Part shown: positions 23,536 to 35,400 of the stretch, in pieces
How the letters are laid out: the number at the start of each line of letters is the position of its first letter
How positions within the stretch are numbered: the first letter of the stretch is position 1
Assembly (NCBI GenBank): GCA_002269645.1
Contig: NIVC01004759.1
Location: 1 to 35,747, forward strand
From: Macrostomum lignano
Taxonomy: Eukaryota
Reading direction: 5' to 3'
Length of the DNA: 35,747 bases
Notes under the pieces: generated by a model
What the model was told of the DNA's origin: nothing
Seen by the model: the letters and a program-made list of their open reading frames with translations, nothing else
Databases searched by the model: none
Made by a program: the position numbers and the translations under genes

Positions 23536-26500
23536 TTACAGTTTGATATTATTACAGGTGATGACAGAGTTGAGGATATTAATCCCATCCAGCTGTCCCA
23601 GCCGCTCCCTGTGGCCGTGGTGCGCCTGCGCCAGCTTGCCGCACAGGATGGCGCAGTTGGCCTTGGCCTCGCGCTCGCGGCAGTCGCGCATGCGGCAGAG
23701 CAGCAGGCGGACAATGTCGGTGCGGGCCAGCAGCTCGGCAGCCGCCGTGTCCTCGATGCAGTGGCTCAGGCAGAGCGCCGCGTTGCCCAGCAGGCAGTCG
23801 GCCCGCGAGTGCAGCAGCTCCAGCAGCAGCTCCAGCCACTGCGGATCGTCGCCTACTTGGCCGCGCGCCTCCGGCTGGGCCGCCAGCACAGCGGCCAGGA
23901 CGCGCAGAACCGAAGCTGCGCACGGGTGGTCCGGGCTGGCCAGCACGCGCGCCGACAGGCCAAGCAGGCTTGGCGCCCAGCTACCGGCGCCGATCTGGCG
24001 CGCCAGCTCTACTGAGCGCGGCGCCAGAGTGGCCAGCAGCGCCAGGCTAAACTCGCGCAGCTGCGGCGCCACGGACGGCCGGCTGGCCAGGCGCAGCGCC
24101 ATCTCCCCCAGCCTGACGGCGGTGCCGGACACGGCCGGGGTGGCCTCCAGACTGGCCGAGGCGAGCAGGGCGGCCACTTCGGCCGCGGCCGACTGCTGCA
24201 GCTGCGGTGGCGGATTGGATTGACCAATTCACACCTGGCCTGACCCAGCTCGAGCAAAGTCGACTAATTATGAAACCCAACTCAAAAATCCAAGCTTGAC
24301 CTGATCTGACCCAGACTGACCCAACCTGACTCAGAATGACCCAACCTGACCCAGACTGACCCAATCTGACTCAGAATGACCCAACCTGACCCAGACTGAT
24401 TTAGAATGACCCAACCTGACCCAGATTTACCCATCCTGACTCAGCAAATCTGCTCACCTCGCCCCCGCAGTCCTCCTCTTTGTCCGGCGCGTACCGCTCC
24501 AAGGCGGTGCAGCAGGCGGTCAGGAAGGCCCGCCTTGCGGCGGCGGCCTGCCGCAGAGGCCGACAGCCGGCCATCAGTCGGCGAAGCGCTTCAACGGCCA
24601 GGCAGAAGGCGGCCAGACTCTCCGAGGCGCCGGCGGACACCAACGATTCGCCGGCCTGGGCGATGCCAGCCAAGGCGTTCGGCGCCGCCCGCTCCAGCCG
24701 CTCCCGCAGCCGGACGCAGCCGGCCAGCTGGCTGAACAGGTGCGCCGCGGCCAGCGCCGTCTGGGCCGCCAGGCGCTGAGTCTGGCGCAGCAGGGCAGCC
24801 ACCAGACCGGCTGGTTCGGCGCAGCAGCCGCAGAGGCGGTCGCAGGCGAGCTGCCCGATCTTCGACAGGGCGTCCAGCGCAGCCTGGCGAGCATCCGAGG
24901 CGGATGGCGAAGCGCCGTTGAAAGCGACAACATCGACAGCGCGGGCGGCGAGCTGGCCGGGCTTGCTCAGCTGGGCCAGCTGGTGGCAGTTCTCAGAGTC
25001 CTCCTTGGCCACGGCGGCGGCGAGAGTCAGCGAGGCGGTGAGCAGGTCCAGCTGCGGAGAGGGAAGGTCGGACCTGATCGTATCGCATGACCTGGCTTTG
25101 GCCTAACCCTCTTCGTGACCTTAATTGACCTAACTATTTTCGTGACCTTAATTGACCTAACTATTTTCGTGGCCTTATTTGACCCAACTATTTTCGTGAC
25201 CTTATTTGACCCAACTATTTTCGTGACCTTATTTGACCCAACTATTTTCGTGACCTTATTTGACCCAACTATTTTCGTGACCTTATTTTACCTAACCATT
25301 TTCCTGACCTTATTTGACCATTTAAACATTTTCGTGACCTTATTTGACCTAACCCTTTTTGCGACCTTATTTGACCTAACCATATTCGAGACCTTATTTG
25401 GTCTGCCTATACCTTTGACCTTATTTGACCTTGGATATACTATACTTCTGAGACTTTTCTACCTGGTTATTAAACCCTACATGTCTGACCCCATCCCAGT
25501 TTGTGACCTGAAGCGAGGATATCTCGTACCTTATGGTATCTAACTTGACCTAACCGTATCTGTGACCTTATCTGACCCGACAATATCTGTGACCTTATTT
25601 GACTCTGCAATATCCATGACCTTATTTGCCGCGACCCTAATCTGGATAAACAATGCCCACCTGAGCATCAGTCATGCTCTCGAGCGGAACGGCCAGCGTA
25701 GTGACCACCACCTGCTGCTTATTCAGCAGGCTGAAGCCGCTCTTAGCTCGGAATAGGGCGCGCTCATTGGCGCCAACTAGCAGCGCGGCGAGGCAGCGCA
25801 TCCCGGCGGCGTAGTAGGCGGTCGGCTGGTCGCCCCTGGCCAGCCGGTAGATCAGCATCTCCACTGAGTTCCCTCCGCCGCTGCTGAACTCCTCCAGGGC
25901 GCGAGCTTCGGCTTTGCGAGCCGCCGACAGCCGGTCCAGGTCGGCCAGGCAGCGATCGGCGTGGCCGGGAGCCGCGTCCGAACAGGATGACATTCGGCTG
26001 TAGGCTTCGCGGGCCTCGGACAGCCGGTTTAAACCGGTTAGAGCCTTGGCCTTGGATGGCGGTTGAGAAGCTCTTTGATTTAGCCGCCTGGGTGAACATT
26101 CTTATCTATTCTACTCTCTCCGGTAGATCTCACATCTATTCTACTCTCTCCGGTAGATCTCACATCTATTCTACTCTCTCTGGTAGATCTCACATCTATT
26201 CTACTCTCTCCAGTAGATCTCACATCTATTCTACTCTCTCTGGTAGATCTCACATCAATTCTACTCTCTTCAGTAGTTCTCATATCTATTCTACTCTCTC
26301 TGGTAGATCTAACATCTATTCTACTCTCTCCAGTAGATCTCACATCTACTCTACTCTCTCCGGTAGATCTCACATCTATTCTACGCTCTCTGGTAGATCT
26401 CACATCTATTCTACTCTCTCTGGTAGATCTCACATCTATTCTACACTCTCTGGTAGATCTCACATATATTCTACTGTCTCTGGTAGATCTCACATCTATT

Positions 26501-27739
26501 CTACTCTCTCCCTGGTAGATCTCTCATCCAACTTTCTGGTAGATCTCACACCTATTCTATTCTTTCTGGTAGATCTCACACCTATTCTATTCTTTCTGGT
26601 AGATCTCACACCTATTCTATTCTTTCTGGTAGACTTTACATCTATTCTACTCTCATCGGGACCCTCACAGCTAAAAATCACCCAGGTTCGATTGCGTGGC
26701 GCGGCCACATAAATTTGCAGGCTCAGATCTGCAACGCACCTGGTGAAAGAACGGCTTGGCGCATTTCTCTCTGGTTAGGAAGATGGCAGCCTCGGCGTCC
26801 GCCAGCGCCTCCTCGAAGCGGCCCTGCTTGACGTAGCAGTTGGCTCGGTTCTGATAGAGCAGCTCAAAGTCTTTCGCGATGGCCAGGCCGCGGGTGTAGC
26901 AGTCCACGGCCTGGTCATAATTGGCCAGTTTGAATTGCGCATTGCCGCGGTCTTTCCATTCAGCTGCTCGGCGCCGATTTCGTTCGCGCCTGTCAGCGCG
27001 CTCGGCAGCATCGCGCTCAATCTCGCGCATGAAAGCTGCCGACTCGGCGGCATTGGCTACAAAAAAATAAGCAATAGCAGACAACACTACTGTGAGTAGA
27101 ATTTGAATTCAAATGAAAAATACATTACATACCTGATGCATTTCCATTTGATGAGTCTTTTGTGATTACTGTCCTGTTGGTTTCTGAAGTGATAAGGGTG
27201 ATGTTCAGTTTGGATTGTAAAGGAACTGAAAAATTCAATGATGCATTTATATATAGAGCAGGAATATGCATAAGGATTTATAATGTTATACCAAGATTCA
27301 TAGCAAGATTAACAAAAGCTTTTATGATTCTAGTATAATAGTATAGCATCTGGGTCACAATCTTGGTAGAAATATATATCAAAAGCAAATCATAGGTCTT
27401 GATAATTATAGCACAGGCCTAGCTAAGAATTTTTAGGGAAGATCATTTAGTGCTTTAATGATTAGACACTATTTTACAAAGATACAACAAGAAAAATAGA
27501 CTATCTATAGTTGCAAAGTATAGAAAAGATAATAATATTAATACTTTTCAATGGAATTTAGATAAATTACATTTAAAACATATATACTTACTTGTTCTCA
27601 GATCCTCAGACCCATCTTCAAGTTTTTTTAACAATTTGTCAGCAGCATCAAGTGTTGTTGGATCATTCGATGTTGCAAGTTGCTTGATGCACTCTGAAAC
27701 ATCTTCAACTTTTTTAAGAGCATCAAGTTCTTCTGTCAT
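23536..27739 (-). CDS. TTC12: Tetratricopeptide repeat protein 12 (TPR + ARM-like), about 735 aa, 6 exons
   Basis: Exons 27739-27592, 27225-27133, 27056-26740, 26050-25661, 25051-24458 and 24201-23536; phases consistent (2208 nt). AFMREIERDAAERA..WKDRGNAQF..LYQNRANCY..EKCAKPFFH and the C-terminal GNAALCL..CGKLA..LDGINILNS match the recalled TTC12 layout. Confidence 0.88.
24296..24445. repeat. Pentamer/decamer-based repeat (CTGACCCAAC / CTGACCCAGA)
   Basis: Last TTC12 intron. Confidence 0.85.
25114..25625. repeat. 27-bp minisatellite (GTGACCTTATTTGACCCAACTATTTTC), degenerating rightwards
   Basis: Homogeneous over 25114-25430, diverged to about 25625. Confidence 0.92.
26101..26650. repeat. 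30-bp minisatellite (CTGGTAGATCTCACATCTATTCTACTCTCT)
   Basis: About 18 copies in TTC12 intron 3. Confidence 0.96.
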
Positions 27740-29489
27740 TCTCTAGCATGCATATAATTTCTGGTACAATGGTATTGATTAAAAACAATGAAATTAAGGC
27801 CAAGGTGGGGCAACAGCAAAGCTTTTTAACTTAATTTTCAGCACAGCACAGGCGGGACTAAAATTGGGGAAAGGCAACTAATGGATCGAGATTCAAGATA
27901 TGCCAGTGAACTGAGATCGTTGCCTTTCAAAGGTTTTCTGAAATAAGTTTTTATTTTTATTTTAATTTAAACCACAACCACTATACTGATATCATCAAAT
28001 AAAGCCAATCAATGCTTGTTGGACCAAAGTGTGATGAAAAATATATCTTAAAAATAAGAACCCTGCCACGTTCCTGTAAATATGCATTGTCAAAATTAAG
28101 TAGCACTTTAACAATATTTAACAATTTTATTGTTTAAGAGCTTTTGCATAAATTTCCTAATAAGAATAATTTGTGAATGTAACGTAGAATACTTTTTGGT
28201 GAATAATATTTGTATCGATTAAAAGTTTTCATAAAATTTCAAACAATATATTTTCTAAGAACTGAGGCTGCATTTTTTTTTAAAAGACCCGACGTCCCGA
28301 CCGAAGCAATGTTGCTAAGCAGCACTGCTCTGTTGAAGCACATTAATAATCAACTATCGTATGTGTTAGTGCTTATCAATCCGTTTTAAATCAGGGCTGT
28401 AGATAATTTAACGGCTTATTGAACTGTATATATTTCAATTGACCATTGGCATTGACATAAGTCCATAAGCCATAAAAGGCATAACTAACCATAGTCAGTC
28501 CATGTTGCTGTAAGCTCTATCTATTATTGCTATAGCCATAAGTATAAATTAAATTGCATCTTTTACAACTTTATTATTTTTATAATAATAGCTAGGCCTA
28601 CATTTAATTTACCTACTATTGTCTATTTCTATATTATACATTGACACATTGTGTCCTAGAAATTTTCTGGAATAGAACAATATTGTGTCTCACAACAACA
28701 AGACTCAATTTGTTGTGCCTTTTTATTATTTTCTCAGAAGTACCTTCAACCAGCCAAAAATAAATAGACTAGGCTCTTTTTATTCATTTTCTAACTTAAA
28801 CAATGTCAAGAAAGAAGTCAATATTGCCATGGGGTATTTTGCTTCATTTTGGATTTAGAGTCTTAAGAAGAAGACTTGCATCAGGAGAATAGCATAGCAT
28901 ACATTAAAATAAAATTTTGGAAAACAATTTGTACATTTTTTAAATGCCATTTGAGTGCACAATTTTTATGCCCTAGTTTTAAAAAAGTTAAAAACTATAT
29001 AATAGAAATTAAAGTCAAACATTTAAAATTCTAACTTCTAAGTTACTCATAGATTAACAAATATTAGTAATGTATTTTATGATGAATTTGCTATATCTGC
29101 CAAAAATTTTATTTGCCATATTCTTTAAGAAACTTAGATTAGGATATATTGTAATTGTATCAAGTATATTAGAAATCCTTGTATGCACTAGAATTCTCCA
29201 TGGTATTTATAGAAGACACCTTTTTTCTTATTATAGCTTTCAAATAGATATCTATTAAACATATATAGATAACTATTTAAAGTTCAATACAATAATGTTT
29301 GTATTATATGCATATATTACCGGCTTTAACTAATGAGTAACTACTGACTACTTAATCAAGAAAAGCACTTATCAAAAATACCATCTAAAGTTTTTTTGAG
29401 TCAATGCTTTTGATATATGATGATAGATATAGTAATCTGCATACTTTTATTTAAAAAATTTTCAGTCAGTCTCTACTTAGAATCCAATT

Positions 29490-32400
29490 ATGAAGATTGC
29501 AATCATTGGACAAAGTGCTTTTGGTGCTGAAGTGTTTAAACTATTGCAGTCAAAAGGTTATGAAATTGTTGGGGTATTCACTATTTCTGATAAAGGTGGA
29601 AAAGAAGATATTCTTGGTGAGTTCCAATATTGGTATAAAAGTTTGTAGTTGTGTGTTTGACATGCGATGACCTTTTATAACCATTTTCGTTGTGATGGTA
29701 ACAAATTTCTTCGCAGCTCAAGCCGCCGCCGCTGCAAATGTGCCCGTGTTCAAGTATGCCCGCTGGCGAGTCAAAAACCAGGTTTGAGATTTGTGGGAGA
29801 TGTCAGATGAGCCGTCCGCTATGGCGTCAGGTTGGCTGGGAGTTTTTGGGTGTGTCATGAAAGTGAAGAATCTCATGGGGTGTGAGAACGTGAAGAATCT
29901 CATGGGGTGTGTCATGAAAGTGAAGAATCTCATGGGGTGTGAGAAGGTGAAGAATCTCATGGGGTGTGTCATGAAAGTGAAGAATCTCATGGGGTGTGAG
30001 AATGTGAAGAATCTCATGCTGTGTGTTATGAAAGTGAAGAATCTCATGGGTAGTGAGAACGTGAAGAATCTCATGGGGTGTGAGAACGTGAAGAATCTCA
30101 TGGGGTGTGAGAACGTGAATAATCTCATGGGGTGTGAGAACGTGAAGAATCTCGTGGGGTATGAGAACGGGAAGAATCTCGTGGGGTGTGAGAACGTTAA
30201 TAATCTTTTGGGGTGTGAGAACGTGAAGAATCTCATGAGGTGTGAGAACGTGAAGAATCTCATGAGGTGTGAGAACGTGAAGAATCTCATGGGGTGTGAG
30301 AACGTGAAGAATCTCATGGGATGTGAGAACGTGAAGAATCTCATGGATTATGAGAACGTGAAGAATCTCATGGGATGTGAGAACGTGAAGAATCTCATGG
30401 ATTATGAGAACGTTAAGAATCTCATGGGGTGTGAGAACATGAAGAATCTCATGGGGTGTGAGAACATGAAGAATCTCATTGGGTTTGAGAATTATAAAAC
30501 ACATTGAAGTTTTAAGCCCTTCATCATGTTTCTTGTCAATTGTTAATTCTTCCAGTAATTATTGTATTATTCATTAATACTCGACATAAATATTGGTCAA
30601 ATTTCCGCACACAGGTGATCCCGGAGATATTCGAAGAGTACAAATCCCTTGGCGCCGAGCTGAACGTTCTGCCGTTCTGCTCCCAGTTCATCCCCATGGA
30701 GATAATCAATTACCCGAAGCACCAGAGCATTGTTTACCACCCGTCCATACTGCCAAGGCACAGAGGTGCCTCCGCTATCAACTGGTAAGGCGTCCTGCAG
30801 CTCACAATTTAAATTGATTTGTTGGGGCATCTCATGATAATCTCCTTGGCAACCGCACACAGGACGCTAATCCATGGCGATGAAATCGGCGGGTTCAGCA
30901 TATTCTGGGCGGATGACGGGCTGGACACGGGGCCCGTGCTGCTGACCAGGGAGGTGAAGATCGAGCCTGATGACACGCTGAACTCGCTGTACAAGCGCTT
31001 CCTCTTCCCCGAGGGCGTCAAGGCCATGGTGAGCCGGTCGGTCTGTGGTGTGGGGGCATCGTAAACCAGGAATATCATAAACCCGAAATATCACGAACCC
31101 GAAATATCACGAACCCGAAATATGAATATCACAAACCAGAAATATCACAAACCCGAAATATCACAAACCCGAGATATCACAAAACCTGAAATGTCACAAA
31201 CCAGAAATATCACAAACCCGAAATATTACAAACCCGAAATTTATTACAAACCAGAAATATCACAGACCCGAAATATCACAAACCAGAAATATCACAAACC
31301 CGAAATATCACAAACCCGAAATATCATAAACCCGAAATATCACAAACCAGAAATATCACAAAACCCGAAATATCACAAACAAAAAATATCACAAACCAGA
31401 AATATCACAGACCCGAAATAACATAAACCCGAAATATCACAAACCCAAAATATAACAGACCCGAAATATCACAAACAAGAAATATCACAAACCCAAAATA
31501 TCACAGACCCGAAATATCACAAACCCGAGATATCACAAAACCTGAAATATCACGAACCCGAAATATCATAAACCCGAAGTATTACAAACCCGAAATATCA
31601 CAAACCAGAAATATCACAGACCCGAAATAACATAAACAAAAAATAACACAAACCAGAAATATCACAAACCCAAAATATAACAGACCCGAAATATCACAAA
31701 CCCGAAATATCACAAACCCGAAATATCACAAACCCGAGATATCACAAAACCTGAAATATCACGAACCCGAAATAACATAAACAAAAAATATCACAAACCA
31801 GAAATATCACAAACCCAAAATATAACAGACCCGAAATATCACAAACAAGAAATATCACAAACCCAAAATATCACAGACCCGAAATATCACAAACCCGAAA
31901 TATCACAAACCCGAAATATCACAAACCCGAGATATCACAAAACCTGAAATATCACGAACCCGAAATATCATAAACCCGAAATATCACAAACCCGAAATAT
32001 CATAAACCCGAAATATCACAAACCAGAAATATCACAAAACCTGAAATATCACAAACAAAAAATATCACAGACCCGAAATAACATGAACCCGAAATATCAC
32101 AAACCTAAAATATAACAGACCCGAAATATCACAAACCCGAAATATCACAAACCCGAAATAACATGAACCCGAAATATCACAAACCCAAAATATAACAGAC
32201 CCGAAATATCACAAACCCGAAATATCACAAACCCGAAATATCATAAACCCGAAATATCACAAACCAGAAATATCACAAAACCCGAAATATCACAAAACCG
32301 AAATATCACAAACCCGAAATATCATAAACCCGAAATATCACAAACCAGAAACATCACAAACCCGAAATATCACAATCCAGAAATATCACAAAACCAGAAA

Positions 32401-35400
32401 TATAACAAACCCGATTCGATTCTCGGAACAATTTCTGTCCTTGAGCAAGAAGAAACTTAGCTCTGCATTGCTTCAGTTCACCCAGCTGTAAAATGGGTTC
32501 TGGATAATTGAAGGTGTTTGGCGGCCCCCCCCCTTCGAGCTTATGATGAAAAAATTGCCTTTCGGAGTTGTAGTTTATCCGCTAAACTTTGTCCAATCTT
32601 TTTCAAGTACAAAGTGTCCTTATTGTCGTATATAATTTTCTCAATATTGTACTTTGAATAGCGTCTGCTTGTAATAATAAGTTCAAATTAACTGAGAATT
32701 TTCTTCAGTCTATTACCAGACTGCAAACTAGTTATAAGAAAACTGGTTGGTCTGGGCTTGATACATTTGTAATAACAGAACCAAAAAGTTATCAGTGGAT
32801 TTCGCCAATTGGACAGCTCCATAGCTACTTGCGTGGCTGCGAGGTCAGAGTTGTTTGCGGCAGAATTAATGAACCGGCTGAAATCGAACCAACCGGTTTC
32901 AACTGGTTTTGTTTTTTGTTTGCTCGCCGTGTTTAACTAGCAGTTTAGAACCGCTGTGTGCGCCTTTCTATTGGGTCCTAGATAAGTTGGGCAAGCGAAA
33001 CCGGCTGGCCGGGTCACGTGATCTCGGCTAGCTGCCCTGCCTGTTACCGCACGCACTGGAGTGGCCACACCCCCTTCTTAGCGAGAGATATTGTAAATAA
33101 GATAGAGAGCCAGTAATCTAGCTCGTAGTTTGGTGCTGGAATTCTTATACGAATTTTAGAATCTTAGTCATTATTTTATTCTTAAAAGTCTTAAAGTCTT
33201 ATTAAATATAGGTCTAACTACGAGCGTAATTTATTGCTTATTGAGATTTTTGGTTTCTGGAGAAGCATTTTGTAACGTGTCTCGGTAATAACTCCCTAAT
33301 CCTTAGTGTTTAAGTCCTAACTCCCAACTCCTAAATCCTTATCGCAAAATTTCAAACCCCAGACCCACCAAAACTAGAATCCCAACTCCCAAAACTAGAA
33401 ATCCCAAACTCCCAGAACTAGAAATCCCAAACTCCCAGAACTAGAAATCCCAAACTCCCAGAACTAGAAATCCTAAACTCCCAGAACTAGAAATCCCAAC
33501 ACACATAACTAGAAATCCCAACTCCTAGAACTACAAATCCCAACTCCCAGAACTAGAAATCCCAAACTCCCATAACTAGAAATCCCCAACTCCCAGAACT
33601 AGAAATCCCAACTCCCAGAACTAGAAATCCCAACTCCCTGAACTAGAAGTCCCAACTCCCAGAACTAGAAATCCCAACTCCCAGAACTAGAAATCCCAGC
33701 CTCCTAGAACTAGAAGTCCCAACTCCCAGAACTAGAAATCCCAACTCCCAGAACTAGAAATCCCAACTCCCAGAACTAGAAATCCCAACTCCCATAACTA
33801 GAAATCCCAAACTCCTAGAACTAGAAATCCCAACTCCCAGAACTAGAAATCCCAACTCCCAGAACTAGAAATCCCAAACTCCCAGAACTAGAAATCCCAA
33901 CTCCCAGAACTAGAAATCCCAACTCCCAGAACTAGAAATCCCAACTCCCAGAACTAGTAATCCCAACTCCCAGAACTAGAAATCCCAACTTCAGGACTAA
34001 AAATCATGGCAACACATGGCTAGAAATCCCATTGATAAAAATGCCACCACTTCCTGTCGAGTATAAGTGAAATCCCACATCTCCAGTAGCGCCTGCTCCC
34101 CATCAAATTCGGCAGGGCGAGGCCGTGGACCAGATCGCGGCCGGCTCGGCCCCCAAGCTCGTGCAGCCAGCCGAGGGCGCCACCTACGACCCCAAGATGA
34201 CAGCGGAGCTGGCGAAAATCGACTGGGCCACCACCGGAGCCACCGCCGTCCAGCTGCACAACTTCATCCGCGGCTGCGACCGAGTGCCCGGAGCCTGGGC
34301 CCTGGTGAATGGCGAGCGGGTCAGCCTGTTCGGCAGCCGCCTGGTCCCGCCGGCCAGCTGCCCACCGCCGCTGCGCCCAACCCCGGCCAGGATCTGCTGA
34401 TTGAAGGCTACGCCGACGGTGGCCGCAAGCCGCCGCTGACGCACGCGGACGGCCTGCTGCTGTTCGGCCTCGATGGCAACTGCGTCAGCGTGGCGACAGC
34501 CCGACTGGAAGCGTCCGGCAAGACTGTACCGGCCAAGCAGCTGGGCTGTCGCCCGACCAGGTGGGCGGTGGATGTCGATTTCAGTACACACTACAATCCA
34601 ATATCTCGTACTTATTAGTCAATCTAAATTTAAATCCGCTGTCTCGTCCCCGGCCAATGTACATTTGAACTTGAAATCTCGTCCCCGACCAATGTACATT
34701 TGAACTTGAAATCTCGTCCCTAGCCAATGTACATTTGAACTTGAAATCTCGTTCCCAGCCAATGTACATTTGAACTTGAAATCTCGTCCCCGACCAATGT
34801 ACATTTGAACTTGAAATCTCGTCCCTAGCCAATGTACATTTGAACTTGAAATCTCGTTCCCAGCCAATGTACAATTGAACTTGAAATCTCGTTCCCAGCC
34901 AATGTACATTTGAACTTGAAATCTCGTTCCCAGCCAATGTACATTTGAACTTGAAATCTCGTCCCCGACCAATGTACACGAGCCTGAAATTGCCTTTAAA
35001 CCCACAGGCCGCGGCCGGAGTGTCCAACTTGACTGACGCGGAGTCGGCGATGAAGCCGGAGCTGCAGCGCATCTGGCGAGGCATCCTGGCCAGGGAGGGC
35101 GACTTGCCCGACGATCTGGACTTTTTCAAAGCTGGCGCCGGCTCCATGGACGTCACTCGTCTGGTTGAAGAGATAAAAAATTCGATTCAAGTGTCGCTTA
35201 GCAACGAGGAGGTTTACATGGCAACCACGCTGGGTGAGCTGTTTGCGCTGATTGTTCAACGCAGCCGGGCCGGAGCCGACGGTGCCGGCAGCTTCCAGTA
35301 CGACGCGGTGCGCCTGCAGGCCAACGGCATGGAGGTGGCCTTCCCGCGCCAGGCCTTCATCAACAACCGATTCGTGGATGCGGCCAGCAGCAAGACCAGC

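Noticed and set aside
23432-25106. Multiple long overlapping ORFs on both strands
   Set aside because: Shadow ORFs of GC-rich TTC12 exons.
29718-30507. Long periodic ORFs and a repeat/variant alternation resembling a CRISPR array
   Set aside because: No unique spacers, no cas genes, and an intronic eukaryotic context. The same applies to the 35-bp and 50-bp arrays.
33000-33140. Possible solo LTR (TGTTAC start) or intronic promoter with GTCACGTGAT E-box
   Set aside because: No matching CA end, target-site duplication or clear primer-binding site; single short motifs are expected by chance.
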